The notes under the pieces are model-generated. The model searched no databases. It was not told the DNA's origin and worked only from the letters and a program-made list of their open reading frames with translations. DNA of 63,273 nucleotides, counting the filler, from Choristocarpus tenellus KU-1152 (lineage: Eukaryota > Protista > Phaeophyceae), in the NCBI GenBank assembly GCA_964200185.2. It is 12 parts of 12 records of this genome, joined end to end, with 100 filler letters (N's around TTAATTAATTAA, not from the genome) between each part and the next. Parts side by side here need not be neighbours in the genome. Positions count along the whole stretch, not along the records: positions 23,889 to 26,951 come from CAXNAD020022593.1; positions 27,052 to 29,921 come from CAXNAD020024064.1; positions 30,022 to 41,255 come from CAXNAD020002438.1; 9 more parts are not named here. One strand, given 5' to 3'. Each line of letters begins with the position of its first letter. The first letter of the stretch is position 1. Below, piece by piece: positions 24,190-37,013 of this stretch. The translations under genes were made by a program, and so were the position numbers.

Positions 24190-26400
24190 CGATTTGGTTC
24201 ATAGTATTTGGCCCAAAATAGGGGTACCTACTGTACTGAGAGTGCGAGCAACTACGATACGATTCCATGGGTGTGCAGGCTCATTGATCTACACCAGGTA
24301 TGGAATATATGACTGGCTCCAATACAACGGCATTATCAAGAGACGGACTACTAGCATCGGTTGTGCAACGTACAATGGTTTAATGACCAGCTGGTATGTA
24401 GTACTGTTTGTGTACACGAACAGGTACAGGGTCAAAATCATGCTGCATGCTCACCATAGAGCACGAAGGAGTGGTACTTGTATCACGTATTTGTTGTGTG
24501 AGGCTCCTTGTCCATGTGGTGTCTTGCTGGAATGGTACATGAGCTGTTGTGGAACGATACACGTTGTTCTCAAAAATCAAGGATTGCACCGTAGGACTGC
24601 GTAACACTATTATCAAGCTGAATTTTATTGGGACCAAGTTGGGGAATCACTAAAGCTTCAACTGGTGATGTGATGTCACTAAGTAAGTGTAAGTGCAAAA
24701 GGAATAAATCAACGAATATGCAATGGTGAACCGTTTGCCCAAAGTAGATTTATTGCACCAGGTGGAACAGGATACACATCAAAACGTTTCAGATGAGGGT
24801 GATTGCGAAAAAATACTTCTGAAATTCATGGGACTTCACTTGCTGTATTAATAGTTAAGTCGTTTCCTTCTTGTTCTTCAATGGTGCCAGATACACGAAC
24901 CCATTGTGATGAAAACAATAAAGATGTGGGTGTAGATGAGTATCTGCACAAAGAACTGTTAAACCAAATTTCATTATTATTACACGAGTTTGGTTGAACT
25001 AATGGCAATGAGAAATGCTTCGTGACACTCGCACAGGAAATAAACGATGCCTGAGGAGCAAGAGGTGTGACTGATGTCAACCTCTGACCCTTGCCACTCC
25101 CTACAATAGTGCCAACAACACCATGGTCATTCTCAAATGGACAGGAGTTAAATCCACCTGGGCACCCCTAGGGATAGGAGTATAATGGCCTGGTACTGAC
25201 TGCCTATCCTCACGAACGTGACCACCACGACCCCTTCCTCTACGACACAAATATGGCCTACAGTACCCTTTGGGTTGTCCAGGCAAGACTGGGTATAGAG
25301 TGACCCTAACAAGTCGTCACCCAACAATCCGGGTATTGGCACACAGTACTCTGGTGCTGATCCACGTGATACTGGGGTGTATATGGTGTCTCAGCATAGT
25401 GTGACATGTCCAGGGGTCGTGATGATCTGTCAGTTGAATTGAATGTCGCAGATGGATGCATCAACGTCCGAGCCGAGGACCTGTTGATGTTTGACTCCCC
25501 CGCTCGGTGACGTTCAACCTCTATTTGGAGTCGTTGATATTCCCTTTATAGTTGAACAAAGATCTGAACGAGAAACCTGTCCACGACGAGAGTTGTTGGT
25601 CCCAGCAAAATACTACTTGAGAATAGTGTCACGGAGACTTCAGGTGAGTCATGCATGTTAGTTTTTTATTTTTCGAGTGGCAAGATCCCCCCAACATGAT
25701 GTAATGACTGTACAGTCACCTCGTATCGTTTTGGAGAGTTGAGCCACCAACATCGTACGTCCATGTTGTCCACTTGGAATATTGTAGTCGCTGTGAGCAA
25801 TATTCGAATCGATGTCAGAATTGAGGAAGATGGAGAATGGGTGCACACATTTGATTTCGTCGTTTACTGTGTTGGTTTGGTCGTGTAACACGCGATGTTG
25901 TTTTCATGCATCGCAGTGGTGATCAAATCATCGTATAACACCCATGTAGCAATGTCGAATCACAAACACCAATCAAACCATTTATTGACATCGTATAGTG
26001 TTTGCTCCTTGTATCTCCATTCTGATTCTATCCTCTGTTTTATACAAGATAATAGAGACCGTATATGCTGGCCACATGTACTTCTCGCCTTGTCTTTAAG
26101 CTGATTGATATACTGATTCCATATTCTCAGGTCTCGTAAGCTTGTTTGGGGTGTGCTGACCACACACCATCAACCTTAGGCTAATGTTATCCTGATCACA
26201 TATTCATTATGTGCCTCATTTATATATTACACTCCATTTTGTATTAATGGAGTCGTGTAATACAATGGTGCAATCGTATTGTAAAAGTCACACATGTTTC
26301 CCATTTCGCTCCCAGAGCTCACTTTTTGGTTGACCTTGAATAATAATTACATGGCTTCAAGGCTGATCAGAAGGAGGGGTGATGTGGAAAGCATGTTTGT
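24190..26400. mobile_element. Possible highly decayed Copia-type relics
   Basis: Faint motifs only: RRTTS.G and a QAEFY-like stretch (RNase H-like, + strand, about 24340-24630); YTTPLIQNGV (integrase TPQQNGV-like, - strand, about 26230-26275). Confidence 0.25.
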
Positions 26401-26907
26401 CTGTTGTTACACCGTGATTTCCGTATGCCATATACCGTTGTACCGTCATGCCGATTGAGGTTTCCTTGTCAGGATTTTCTGATTCCAGTGGAGAATCTTC
26501 CAAATAATCGAGGTGGGGAATTTTGAACAAGAAACTAATCCTCCAAGTAATACACATCCCTGCAACCAGTGCTGTGCATTACTTGGGGAATTTTGTGGTG
26601 ATTCCCTCTCGTAAGACTCTCATCACTCCACAGTTTTTTCTGCAAGTCCTTGCAGTCTTGCGCCTGTCCAACCTTAACCTTGTCCTCTTGGTTACGGTTC
26701 ATCTTGGTCTGTCTGGTCTGTCTTGCCTGGTGATTATCTTCACCAACCTTACCTGAGTGAACCATGCCGCCACAGAATCACACGATTCATACATAAAATA
26801 AATAATTAGTGCATTCATCAGTTTCATCGTACCAGCCAATAATGTGCAGTGTTAATAGGCCCTGGTCCTTAACATACTCAGCACTATGTAGTGCCCATAT
26901 CACTGGA

Positions 26908-26951
26908 GGGTCAAAGTATCTTGGGGGGGGGTGTCGGCGTCCGTTTTTCAC
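26908..26951. mobile_element. MITE family A-like terminus at contig end
   Basis: GGGTCAAAGTATCTTGGGGGGGGG TIR; the internal sequence diverges from family A. Confidence 0.7.
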
Positions 26952-27071
26952 NNNNNNNNNNNNNNNNNNNNNNNNNNNNNNNNNNNNNNNNNNNNTTAAT
27001 TAATTAANNNNNNNNNNNNNNNNNNNNNNNNNNNNNNNNNNNNNNNNNNNNCCTCCCAGGTACTTTGGATC

Positions 27072-27450
27072 AACATCACCTTCGTAATGGAACTCTTTTC
27101 TGTGCCTATGGGAATTAGGGGGGTCCTCAGTGGGGTGCAGACACACACCTTGCCCATCTTCAAGGGTGCTAAACACTTCTTGTCCACAGCCATACAGATA
27201 GTCCATTAATACCCCACTTCCCCTCATCCTGTGTGTGTGGCTGATGACGAAACCCACCCTGTTCACTTCCTGCTGGTCTGAGAGGACTGGCTCAATCCAC
27301 TGCTTGACCTTCTCATGCATGCCAGATCCCACAACAAGACACGGGAGACCCAAGCTTTGGGCGCCCATTTGAAGAAGGGTATGTAGTGTACCAATGGAAC
27401 ATCCCAAACGTTCAGGACACTTCTATGGCACCACATTACCCCTTGCGACA
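27072..27450 (-). pseudogene. Decayed Tc1/mariner (plant/stramenopile mariner-like) transposase, interrupted by a family A MITE end at 27052-27071
   Basis: Frameshifted motifs IEPVLSDQQEVNRVGFVIS (KPLLT..NK..R..F), VDKK (VDEKWF), DGQ..LHPTEDPP, KSSITKVML (KSKRFI.KVMF). Confidence 0.72.
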
Positions 27451-28804
27451 TTATACAAGGTCCATATATTCACCTCGTGCAATCTGTTGGTCATACTCCT
27501 TCAGATGATGGAACATGGTGATTCTCAGTTCTTATTTCTCAACGTATTAGGAATATTCTGATTCATTTTGTTACCTCTTTTTTAAGGAAGGGACAAGCAT
27601 GATATATTATTGCAGTCTTTTCATTTGCCAAACAACAAAAAACGCAATTCAAATTTCGACAACCGCAAAAAAGTGCACACCACAACATTAAAAGGCTCTC
27701 ATTCCCAGGGCTAACAGTAATCTGGCGAGAAGACATTGCATCCACCATGACCCCCGAGGACAGCCAACACACACATTTTGCATGGTGACAGGAGTTAGTC
27801 GCTCATATATCAAACACCCACCATCTATCGCCTCTATTCAAGATCATGGCATAACAACAGAGCGACAATGAACACATCAGTAGAAATATTGAAATCCGCC
27901 TTGTGAACATACCAATGAATGTGTTTGTACGATGGGTCTCTGTGAAGGTCTTCTTCATGTATAATAGAATATTCCTACTCTTCATTGGTCCGGGCAAAAA
28001 GACTTCTATAAATATTGACCCTTGCGCTGTGCAACCTGCTGCATTCTTCTTGGCTGCTTCTGATTCCAGGTAGAGACTGAGGGTAGACATACATCTTGGC
28101 ACACGAATGATGCCAATAACAACTTGTACTAATGAAAAAAATATTCTGACTACAAATTGGTGAATTGTTCGTTTTCACCATCACAAACGATCTCGTTCAT
28201 CTTCGTATTGAGCAAAATGTAGTAGCTTGTACGTTTGAGGGTCTTGTTCCAGCATATTAACAGCTGTCACTGCAAACCTGAATGTTTGCAACGGCAATGA
28301 ACTTAACTGCCTTCTGACATAGGCCTCATTTCAGCACTACACATACATACAGCTCCATTCTCCTCTATACATATATGAAAAGGCTCTATTTTGCATCTTT
28401 GTACACACAAGCCAACATTTCACATCGCATTTTGTGCATGCCTTGGACCTCGTGATCCTCTCATCCAGTCTTGCGTGTTTTGTATACAATTACCCGCCAT
28501 GCAAATCAGGAGGCATTGAAATGAATGTCTCTTACAAGGCGGGCACTCAAAACCTCGCATCCAATCTCCACCCACCCTTTCTCTTGCTCCTGCATGTTGG
28601 CAAAAAAAAATTCAAGCGAATTGAGGAGTGTGAGAAGGGCCAGGGAGATGGCAAGTTGAAATGATAAAAAAAACTATGACAAAATGAGTAAGAAACATGA
28701 AAGAAGAGATTGCGTAGCTATCAAACTCACCACCGAGAACAGGGGTTTAAGTGAACGTACTGTACTACCCCAATCCACCTTGGGTCCTGCAGCACACACT
28801 TACC

Positions 28805-29111
28805 GGGGTCACGTCTGGAACCTCAGTTGTAGAATTCAGAGCAGTCCGAATATCCCACGAACTCTCACCCCAGTCCAGGGAACCCGCTGGAACCAAAATG
28901 GTCAGGTACTCTGCCCCAGGACCGCTGATACCACTCCTACCATGCCTGTCACTGCTACCACTGGCACCAGAACCTTTTCCACCCCTACCACTCTCAAGTC
29001 CAAACACATCCTCTTGCAAGGTGTTGGGAGAGGATGCCACCAGGGCCAAGGAGGAGTCTACATCAATGAGTGGTCCCACAGTTGCTCCTCCGGAGGCAGT
29101 AGTAATACCAC
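28805..29111 (-). CDS. Isolated putative exon of an unknown Ser/Gly-rich protein
   Basis: Open frame (GITTASGG...YLTILVPAGSLDWGESSWDIRTALNSTTEVPDVTP) bounded by cccacAG and GTaagt. Confidence 0.45.
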
Positions 29112-29369
29112 TGTGGGTACGCAGTATTTGTTCGTGATGCCCAGCTCCAACAACATTTACCTTCACCTTTTGTGAAGTTCAGTTAGATGGACACAACCAG
29201 ACAAGGGCGATTCATGAAGCAACACAAACAAATTGTTGGGGGGGGGGGAATTGGGATTGGCTACAGTCAATACTGGTCAATTTGTTACCGAATGGATTGC
29301 TAGCACTCACGACAGGCTGACTTTTCTTACCAACACATTCTACTAAAAAAAAAGGGTGGTGAGGTAATG

Positions 29370-29760
29370 CACCTTTTGTGAGTAGGAGACTCGTCATAAT
29401 CAAACATGAAGTTCTTCTAATCATCGGTGCAGATGAAAAACCGCTCTCATCCACATGGACGAAATCTTCGATTTGGTGGAAGGTCCTTCAAACCTTCTGG
29501 TCCCTAAATGATACAAGTGTGATGCCCACCTTAGCCTTTGTAACTTGCACTCATCAGTAAGGAACAGCTTAAGATAGGTCAAGCATGCCCAATTCTAACC
29601 CAATTTCGTGTTGACATTGCAGAGTGGACCCCGGGATACCCCAGAGCTGACCTACCAGGGCAAGCTGCTGTGTTGTAAATTTTTGTTTTATTAGTTTTTT
29701 TAAGAAAATAAGTTTGAGGTCATCAAGTAAGCCACCGATGCTGTTGGTACAATTCAAACT
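29370..29760 (-). pseudogene. Second decayed mariner-like transposase
   Basis: HTH-like TTQQLA...WGIPGSTLQ, then LTDECKLQRLRWA and FHQIEDFVHVDESGF (first catalytic Asp), broken by frameshifts. Confidence 0.7.
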
Positions 29761-30021
29761 ATTTCAGAGGGTAAGGAGTTTACCCATATTCGTCTGTTCA
29801 GGGCTTGACTTCCACAGATTTTCCTTGCCCCTCATTTTTTTGGTTTTCTGCTAACACAGTGTTAAGAATATGCTTTTTATTCATGTGTAAAAGAAGATTC
29901 TGTAGAAGAAATAATTTATGANNNNNNNNNNNNNNNNNNNNNNNNNNNNNNNNNNNNNNNNNNNNTTAATTAATTAANNNNNNNNNNNNNNNNNNNNNNN
30001 NNNNNNNNNNNNNNNNNNNNN

Positions 30022-30109
30022 ATGTAACCAAATCACACAAAAATCGTGATGTGGAAAAAATTGACCCCAAATGGACAGCCGCCACCCCCCCCCCTAGATA
30101 CTTTGGGAC
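30022..30109. mobile_element. MITE family A fragment at contig start
   Basis: ...GACCCCAAATGGACAGCCGCCACCCCC...TAGATACTTTGGGAC. Confidence 0.85.
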
Positions 30110-30289
30110 ACCAAGTTATGGAATGTGTGAATCCTGTATACCCACTGCAAGGTCAAGATATGCAGTGGTCGATGCCTAAAACTTGCTGGTGTAAGGACAT
30201 ACGGGATACTGGGACAGGGAAAGAGATAGATTTCCATTTTTCGACACTGTCTGACCCAGCAGTGTTGAGTGATGTACTGACTTGCTTCT

Positions 30290-30561
30290 GAGCCAAAGTA
30301 TCATAGAGGGTAGGGCCGCGGTCTTTGGCAGCCAAAATCCAATGTTGCGATTTTGATGTAATTTTGGCTATCATGTTTGTTAGGAAGTGTCAATATCCTT
30401 GTTCCAGACACAACTATTCATAACGTATATATTTTACCTACTCCTAAACATTTTGGAGTAGGAAAACATCACAAAAACACCGAGGGAACAAGGGAAGCCA
30501 AGCCCCAAATGGACATTAGACAAACAGGGAAAAACTCGTACCCTCTAAGATACTTTCACTC
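30290..30561 (+). mobile_element. MITE family B (about 260 bp, Sola-like), TSD TTCT
   Basis: TIRs GAGCCAAAGTATC.TAGAGGGTA...TACCCTCTAAGATACTTTCACTC flanked by TTCT on both sides. Confidence 0.92.
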
Positions 30562-30567
30562 TTCTAC

Positions 30568-33500
30568 CTGGTCCATTGACATTAGTGCCCCCTGGAACCG
30601 CTGCAGCTCCTCCTCAGCCGACTGCAATAGGAACCCCAATGCAGCAATATGTTGTGAAGACGGCACATTTAGTTGGGGATGCAAGGACTAACAATTTGGG
30701 TGTGTGCTGATTGAGGTTCAGGGTATCTTTGGCGTACAGTGTATTGTGTTTTTCATGGGTAAGAATGTGTGTGCATCACAAGAGACCAAAATTCTTGGGA
30801 TGGAAGTAAGTAAAGTTGGATAGGAGAGAAACACCAAGTCTTGAAGCAGTTGTGATGGGTAAGGTGGTTGGATGATCCGTAGGGTTAGTGCAGGGAAAAT
30901 ATTGATGGCAGCACACAAAAATGGGATCTCACAAATATGTTCCAGGACTGAGTATTGCTCCGTGTGTTACTCTCTTACTGTGAGTTAAAGGCTGAGTAAT
31001 GCTGATGGCATCAGCCCTAAAGGTCAATAAGATGAACCAACAGTGGTTGTAGATCCACCCTCCTAATGCTGCAACTTCCCACCTGCTGGGTACGTTTGGC
31101 ATTGTTCTCGAGCTCTTGGATCAGGCGTTCACGTGCTTCCATATGACCCTCCCGTCGAACCTCAGCCGCCCCTTTGCGGTCTACCAATTCTGATTGCAGC
31201 AGCTTTAGCGCGCCTGCTCCAGCGTGTACCTAAGGATGGGCAAATAGGTATTGTTTTGTTATGTTTAGGAGACTTGAGAAATCATGGAAGTAGTATGACG
31301 CATAATACTTTAGCTGTGACACCAGTCGGCACACTCAGATATACCCTCTCTTGCATCACTCATCACAAGTGAGCCGTTTTCTTGCCCAATGACAACCTGA
31401 GGCACACTTGGAATACACACCTGCTGGGCGAGTGCCTCAAGAGATAGAGAGTCGGATGCCCTTTGACGCACACCTTCGATTTCCTGTTTGTGAACTTTCT
31501 TGAGCTCAGCCAAGGCTTCCCTGTGCTGAGCGTCTTGGGCCTGTAAATCACTCTGAATTTTTTTTGTTTTTTTTCCAATAGTTGTGGACCCCGTAGGTTG
31601 TGAGGGACGGCAGGAGCACATTAAGATGATTCAACAGAGTGTAACTCACAGTCTATTGAATGTTACATCTTACTCTTGTTTCAAGATTTGCCCCAAAAAA
31701 ACCCTAACCCCAAAACACTAACGTAAACGGAACCCATTTTTGCGCTGTGTTCCGCTCCCTGGATATCATATCCTCTAATATCTGCCTTGCAACAAGAGTC
31801 AACCTGTGAGTTGCAGTAGTGAATAAAGTAGCAACCAAGTTTATTTTTTATTTCCACGGTTTGAAAGTAGTGAGGCACCTTCGGGTGATGTTTAAGTCCG
31901 TGTTCACGTTGCGAAATGAGTTTATATGATCTGGAACAATGAGCAGAACACCTCAAACACGACAACTTAGGAAGAACCATCATTTCAAAGTATACACCTG
32001 CCACAATTTCTCAGCCTGGGTCAGCTTTTCCATGCTACGGGCCTGCTCAGCCTTCAGGTCCAATGGCCCGTGCATCTCAAGGGTCTTCACTTTTGCTTTC
32101 AGGTCGACCACCTCCTGCTCCAGCTCACCGCACCTAGAACAGTGTGTTACAGTTTCAAAACGACACAATTTTTTGTAGCTGTGGGTCTAGGAATATTTGG
32201 CTCAATGTGAAGCAATGTGAGCCCAAGTATCGTAGAGGGTAGAGCCGCGTCAATTTGGGGGCCAAAATCCAATTTTGCAATTTCGATGCAACTTTGGACT
32301 ATTGTGTTTGTTAGGAAGTGTCAATATCCTTGTTCTGGACACACCTTTTCATAACGTATACATTTTACCTACTCCTAAACATTTTGGAGTAGGAAAGCAT
32401 CATAAGAACCCCGAGGGAATGAGGGAAGCCAAGCCCCAAATGGACAAACAAGGCCAAACTCGTACCCTCTAAGATACCTTCACTCACATGCCAAAAAATG
32501 AGAAGAGACATGCGTACTATACTCCATGCCAGTGCAAAAAGCGACTAAGTGTGAGCAATACTCAGGTTCTTTGGTCTATCTGATTGACCCATCCTTTTAT
32601 TGGTGTAAGTTAGGAATCGCTTGGGCTCTGTGCTAGTTCACATATGGACATGCACCCATGAGCCAAAGTATCTTTAAGGGTAGGGCCGCATCCATTTGGG
32701 GACCAAAATCCAATGTTGCGATTTTGATGTAATTTCGGTTATCGTGTTTGTCAGGAAGTGTCAATATTCTTGTTCCGGACACACCTTTTCATTACATATA
32801 CATTTTACCTACTCCGACACATTTTGGAGTAGGAAAATGTCGGAAAAAACCCCATGGGAAGCCAGGCCCCAAATGGACAAACAGGGAAAAACTCGTACCC
32901 TCTAAGATATTTTCACTCCCATGCCTCAACCCTCATCTCAAATCACAACTTCCTTGTATTGATGAAGCATTATAATTGAGTTGAGAGTATTGGCTCACTG
33001 TTGTTCGATTTTTTTTTAACAAAATATGAGAAAAAAGTCCCTACATGCATTGTGCAAAAAGCTGAAATTTTGGACATTGGTGAGAATCCTTAAACCTAAA
33101 CCTGGGTACCTCTCTTTTACTTTGGGTCTTAGTCTATTGAACATGCAGTGGGAGAGCACTGAGATGCATGCATTCCCTTCTCACCTAGCTGTGGCAAGTT
33201 CTAACTCTGCCTTGCTTGCTCGGACCAATGCCTGCCTGGCCTCCTCCTTTGCCTTGCCCAAATCCACGACTACCCTTTGTTCTTGCTTTTGCTGGACATT
33301 GCTTGACCCTTCATTTTTTGGATCACATATTGATTCCTGTGTGACTGTATTCCCATCACCATGCCTGTCCCTCCCTCTTTGTTCCCCTGCAGAGGAGATA
33401 GCAACTCTCTCATGATGCATCATTCTTGTTGGAGAGGGTGCATCATCATTAGTTGTGGAGGAACAATGAGGTAACGAGATGCTCTTTCCTTGACCTCCAT

Positions 33501-36178
33501 CCAGTACCCTCTGTTCTTGCTCTGGTGTTGCATTTTTAGAGGCTGCGTTTGCTATTAGCAAGGTACTGCTAGCCTTTCTCTCAGTGGAGGGTTCTGTTGA
33601 TTGTGCAACATGATCAACCTCCATTGGACCCTGCACTGACAGCAATGTTTGGCTTATGCTCGAGGGTAGTGGTGAGACATCTAAGGTGACAGGGATGGCA
33701 TTGTAAGCTTGTGCTTGTGCAGAGGTAATTCCAGCTTGGGATAGTAAACTAGTGGAACTCTTCCCAACATCATTACCTCTTGGGCGCCCTCCACCATTAC
33801 CCAGTCGACGTCGCTGTCTTCCACGACCACTCTTTTCCATGGAGGATGGGATGTAGCCAAGCGCAACATCAAGCAGGGCATCCTCGTCATGGTCACCTCC
33901 TACAGTTGCAGTCTCGTCCTGAGCCCCTTTGGGAGACTTTGCAACTGAGCCCTTCTCCTGCTCGTGTTGCACTGCTAATCCTTTGTTTGCCCCTACCCCC
34001 ACTCCAATTGTAATGTTACCTTCATCCGAAGAATCTTCCACCATGAGCTGTGCACCATGTGCTGACAGACCAGATAGTAGAGACTTACTGGAATCTCCTT
34101 CGAAAGCTAATCCCCTACCCCTTCCCCTAGGTGTTACTCCTACACCCCATGCTGTGTGACTCTTTTGGGACGGGGTCATGTTGGCATCACCACTTGTACC
34201 TCGTCCCCTGTTTTTTTTACCCTCGCATACCTCTTCTGACCCAGTACCTCCACCATTGCTGGAAATTACTTCCACACCGACCTGCTTTATCTGACTTTCC
34301 AGAATGGGTTTGCCTGAGGCTGTATTCTGAAGGGGAGAGAGTACGGAACCAGTTGTATCACCAACACTACCTGTGATGGTGGGATTAGGGACAGCAACTG
34401 CAGTGGCAGCAAGAGGTGCCTCATCACTGCTGCTAGGAAGTATATCAAGGGCATCGAACTCATCCAGGTCGTCGGCAAAAGTAACACCTGGTCGTCTTGG
34501 CTGGGATTTTGGACCACTGCTCCCTTTGTTGTCATTTTTGATTCCCTGCACCTCCTTTGAACCTGCAACGCCTGCTTCCTTGCTAGTCAAGTTTGCCTTT
34601 GTCATAGGTGGAGGGGATTCTGTTGCCATATCGCCACCTCTGGTATCCACATTGTCTTTCTCAATGCTTGAGTACGACCTACTTCGTCGATTAGATGATT
34701 TTGGTTCCCCCAGAAGTTCAGAGTCAATAGGACCTAATGGAGCTTGGGAAGAAGCCTGTGAGGTTGGGGCAGTGGAAAGGATAGGCTTGTGCACCTCTGT
34801 GAGACTACTCTTCTCACTGTCACTGAACCCTGGGAGTTCAAGGCTTGCTTCTCCGGGGGGAGATCCTTGAAAAAATGGCCTTGGAACTGATTCCCCTTCC
34901 TCGTTACAGGTAGTCTTTGGTCTACCAACCCTTGATACATTCTTGTCTATGTTTCCCAGAGCTATGTCGCCACCTTTCTCTGAAGTACAGCTATTGTGAT
35001 CATTTGATTTCCCTCCTGTAGTTAGTGTTGGTGCCCGAAAGCTTTCTCTATGATGCCCTTCAATTGATACATGTCTCAGCTCTGACATGGTCTGACGGGG
35101 ACTCAACGAGTCATGAGCTGCTAACCCTCCTCCCCGGGGTCTTGGTGGAGGCGAAGGCGACCTCCGTCGTTGATATATTGCCCCCCCCTCTCGTACCTCA
35201 CCTCTCCTGATGCCTTCTCCATCTTCGATTGACCCACCAACCAACGTATTCAGCCATGAAGTGGATCTTTCTGTGGTGCTGTGTCCAAGTGTATCTTCTA
35301 GCTTGATATCCTTTCCTTTCTCCTCGGGGGTGTTTGAACGTGTTCCTGCTTCGACCAATGTGCGCCTGTAGGTACCTAGACCTTCCACTGACTTGCTATC
35401 AACAAGGTCGAAAGTACTTTGGTCAGCTTGTTTGCGTGGTGCAAGAATTTTGTTTGTCTTGAATCCTCCGGCCTTTTTAGCAAACCCAAACGAGTCATCT
35501 GATTCCTCTGCCTGAATTTTTTCTGGAGTGTCTCCCTTGTGCCGTCCTATTCCTAGCTGTATTCGGTGTTAGAGGCAAACGAAGGGAACATATCCATTAG
35601 TTGACAGTAAGCTTTTACCTCAATACAACTTTTTCCAATGCCTTCGATTCCCTTAAACTAAAAGTACAATATACACTAAAGTGAACTTTCCTTCTACTTA
35701 CGGGAGTTGCCCCGGAGAACAAGTACTCGTCCTCCTCTCCGAAAGTGCTGGCTCCCCCTTCTGTAGGTTGAGCCATGGCTCCATTATCCTCCCGAAGGAA
35801 GCTCGAGGAACCCTTTTCTCTGCCGTCGACATCCTCTCCCTCATCCAAGTTTCTCCTCGATTTTCGCTTTCCCTCGTCACTTTTCCCCTCTCCTCGTTTA
35901 GAAGAACTATGGCTTTTCCTCTTGTCCTGCCTCTTGGTCGAGCTTTTCTTTCCCTTCTTCCGGATTTCATTCCCACCTGTTCGTCCCTTTTCCCCCTCTG
36001 GTATCTTCTCCCTTTTCTCAACACTTCGTTCAGCAGCTGACTCAGGAGCATCCCAGTCACTACCTTTGTCATCGTCTGACAAGGATTCTCGACGAATGAA
36101 CGTGGCAGTAGGCTTCTTGATACCGAGAGGCACCAATCCTCCTGACAGGGATGGACCAGAAAATCGGGATTCGCTCAT
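30568..36178 (-). CDS. FBF1-like (Fas-binding factor 1, ciliary transition fibre) coiled-coil protein, partial: exons 35702-36178, 33185-35556, 31998-32133, 31421-31540, 31083-31229, 30568-30621
   Basis: Six phase-compatible exons. A long disordered N-terminus is followed by LKKVHKQEIEGVRQRASDSLSLEALAQQV...EVRREGHMEARERLIQELE...SAEEELQRFQGALMSMDQ, which matches from memory the register of the FBF1 coiled coil. Start codon uncertain; 3' end is off the contig. Confidence 0.7.
32219..32485 (+). mobile_element. MITE family B, intronic copy
   Basis: Full length, GAG...CTC ends; TSD not preserved. Confidence 0.9.
32660..32918 (+). mobile_element. MITE family B, intronic copy, TSD CCAT
   Basis: CCAT|GAGCCAAAGTATC...TTTCACTC|CCAT. 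Confidence 0.92.
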
Positions 36179-37013
36179 TACTGGGGCAATTTCTCTAGAC
36201 CTCTCATATCTAGCCGAGCCTAAGCAGGCAAACGGTTGAGGTACAGTGATCCTGAAGTACTGATCCGTTTAGTTTTTATCAATGAGGTAGTGTCTTGATT
36301 TGAGGAAGGTAGATGGATAGTGATGGATATCTTTTAAGGTGTTCGTTGATGTGATGAACGTTTCAGTGTGTTGTACTACTACTACTAATTCGTATACATC
36401 GGCTTATCCAGTAAACACCCCTCCAAAGGTTTAGGGTTAGGGCAGAGCTTGTTCGGGGAAGTCCTCAACTGCTATGTGAAGTGGACAGATAGAGTTGAGT
36501 GTTCAGTCATTGTGCTGCTCTCGAAGAAAGAGATAGCCGTGCTGACAGTCAGCTGTAGGTATCTATTTGCTCGTGCTCCCCCCACCACACGTGTGGGGGG
36601 ATGTCGGAAAAGATTTGCATCGCACTGTTCGACTACAAAGCTCAAGGTTTGATCCTCAGCGGAGAATCTCGTTGCCCCCACTATCGGTATTCCTCTCCAG
36701 GCTCACGCTCAGTACGATAAATGCTATTATCTCTTATTGCAACAAGTAGCATGAACTGAATGCAACTCGTGGAAGGATTTCCACGCAATATTGTCAGGCT
36801 GCAGGTGTTTCTTGATACTCTTCAGGCAACTTTCTCTTAGAAGTCGGTGTCACATTCCTCATGAAGTCTGGAGGGGTCATCGCGTGCACGCTTCTCATTG
36901 CCGTGGCGAGCAAGTGACAAGGTCATGATAGGTCAAGCGTGGATCAAACTATCTCTGGTGGTATTGCAAATACTAATTCTCAGGACATTATTGATCACTC
37001 TTGTTCTTCACAG

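Noticed and set aside
27800-28300. Possible KDZ/CxC transposase relic
   Set aside because: A single His/Cys-rich stretch; insufficient motif support.
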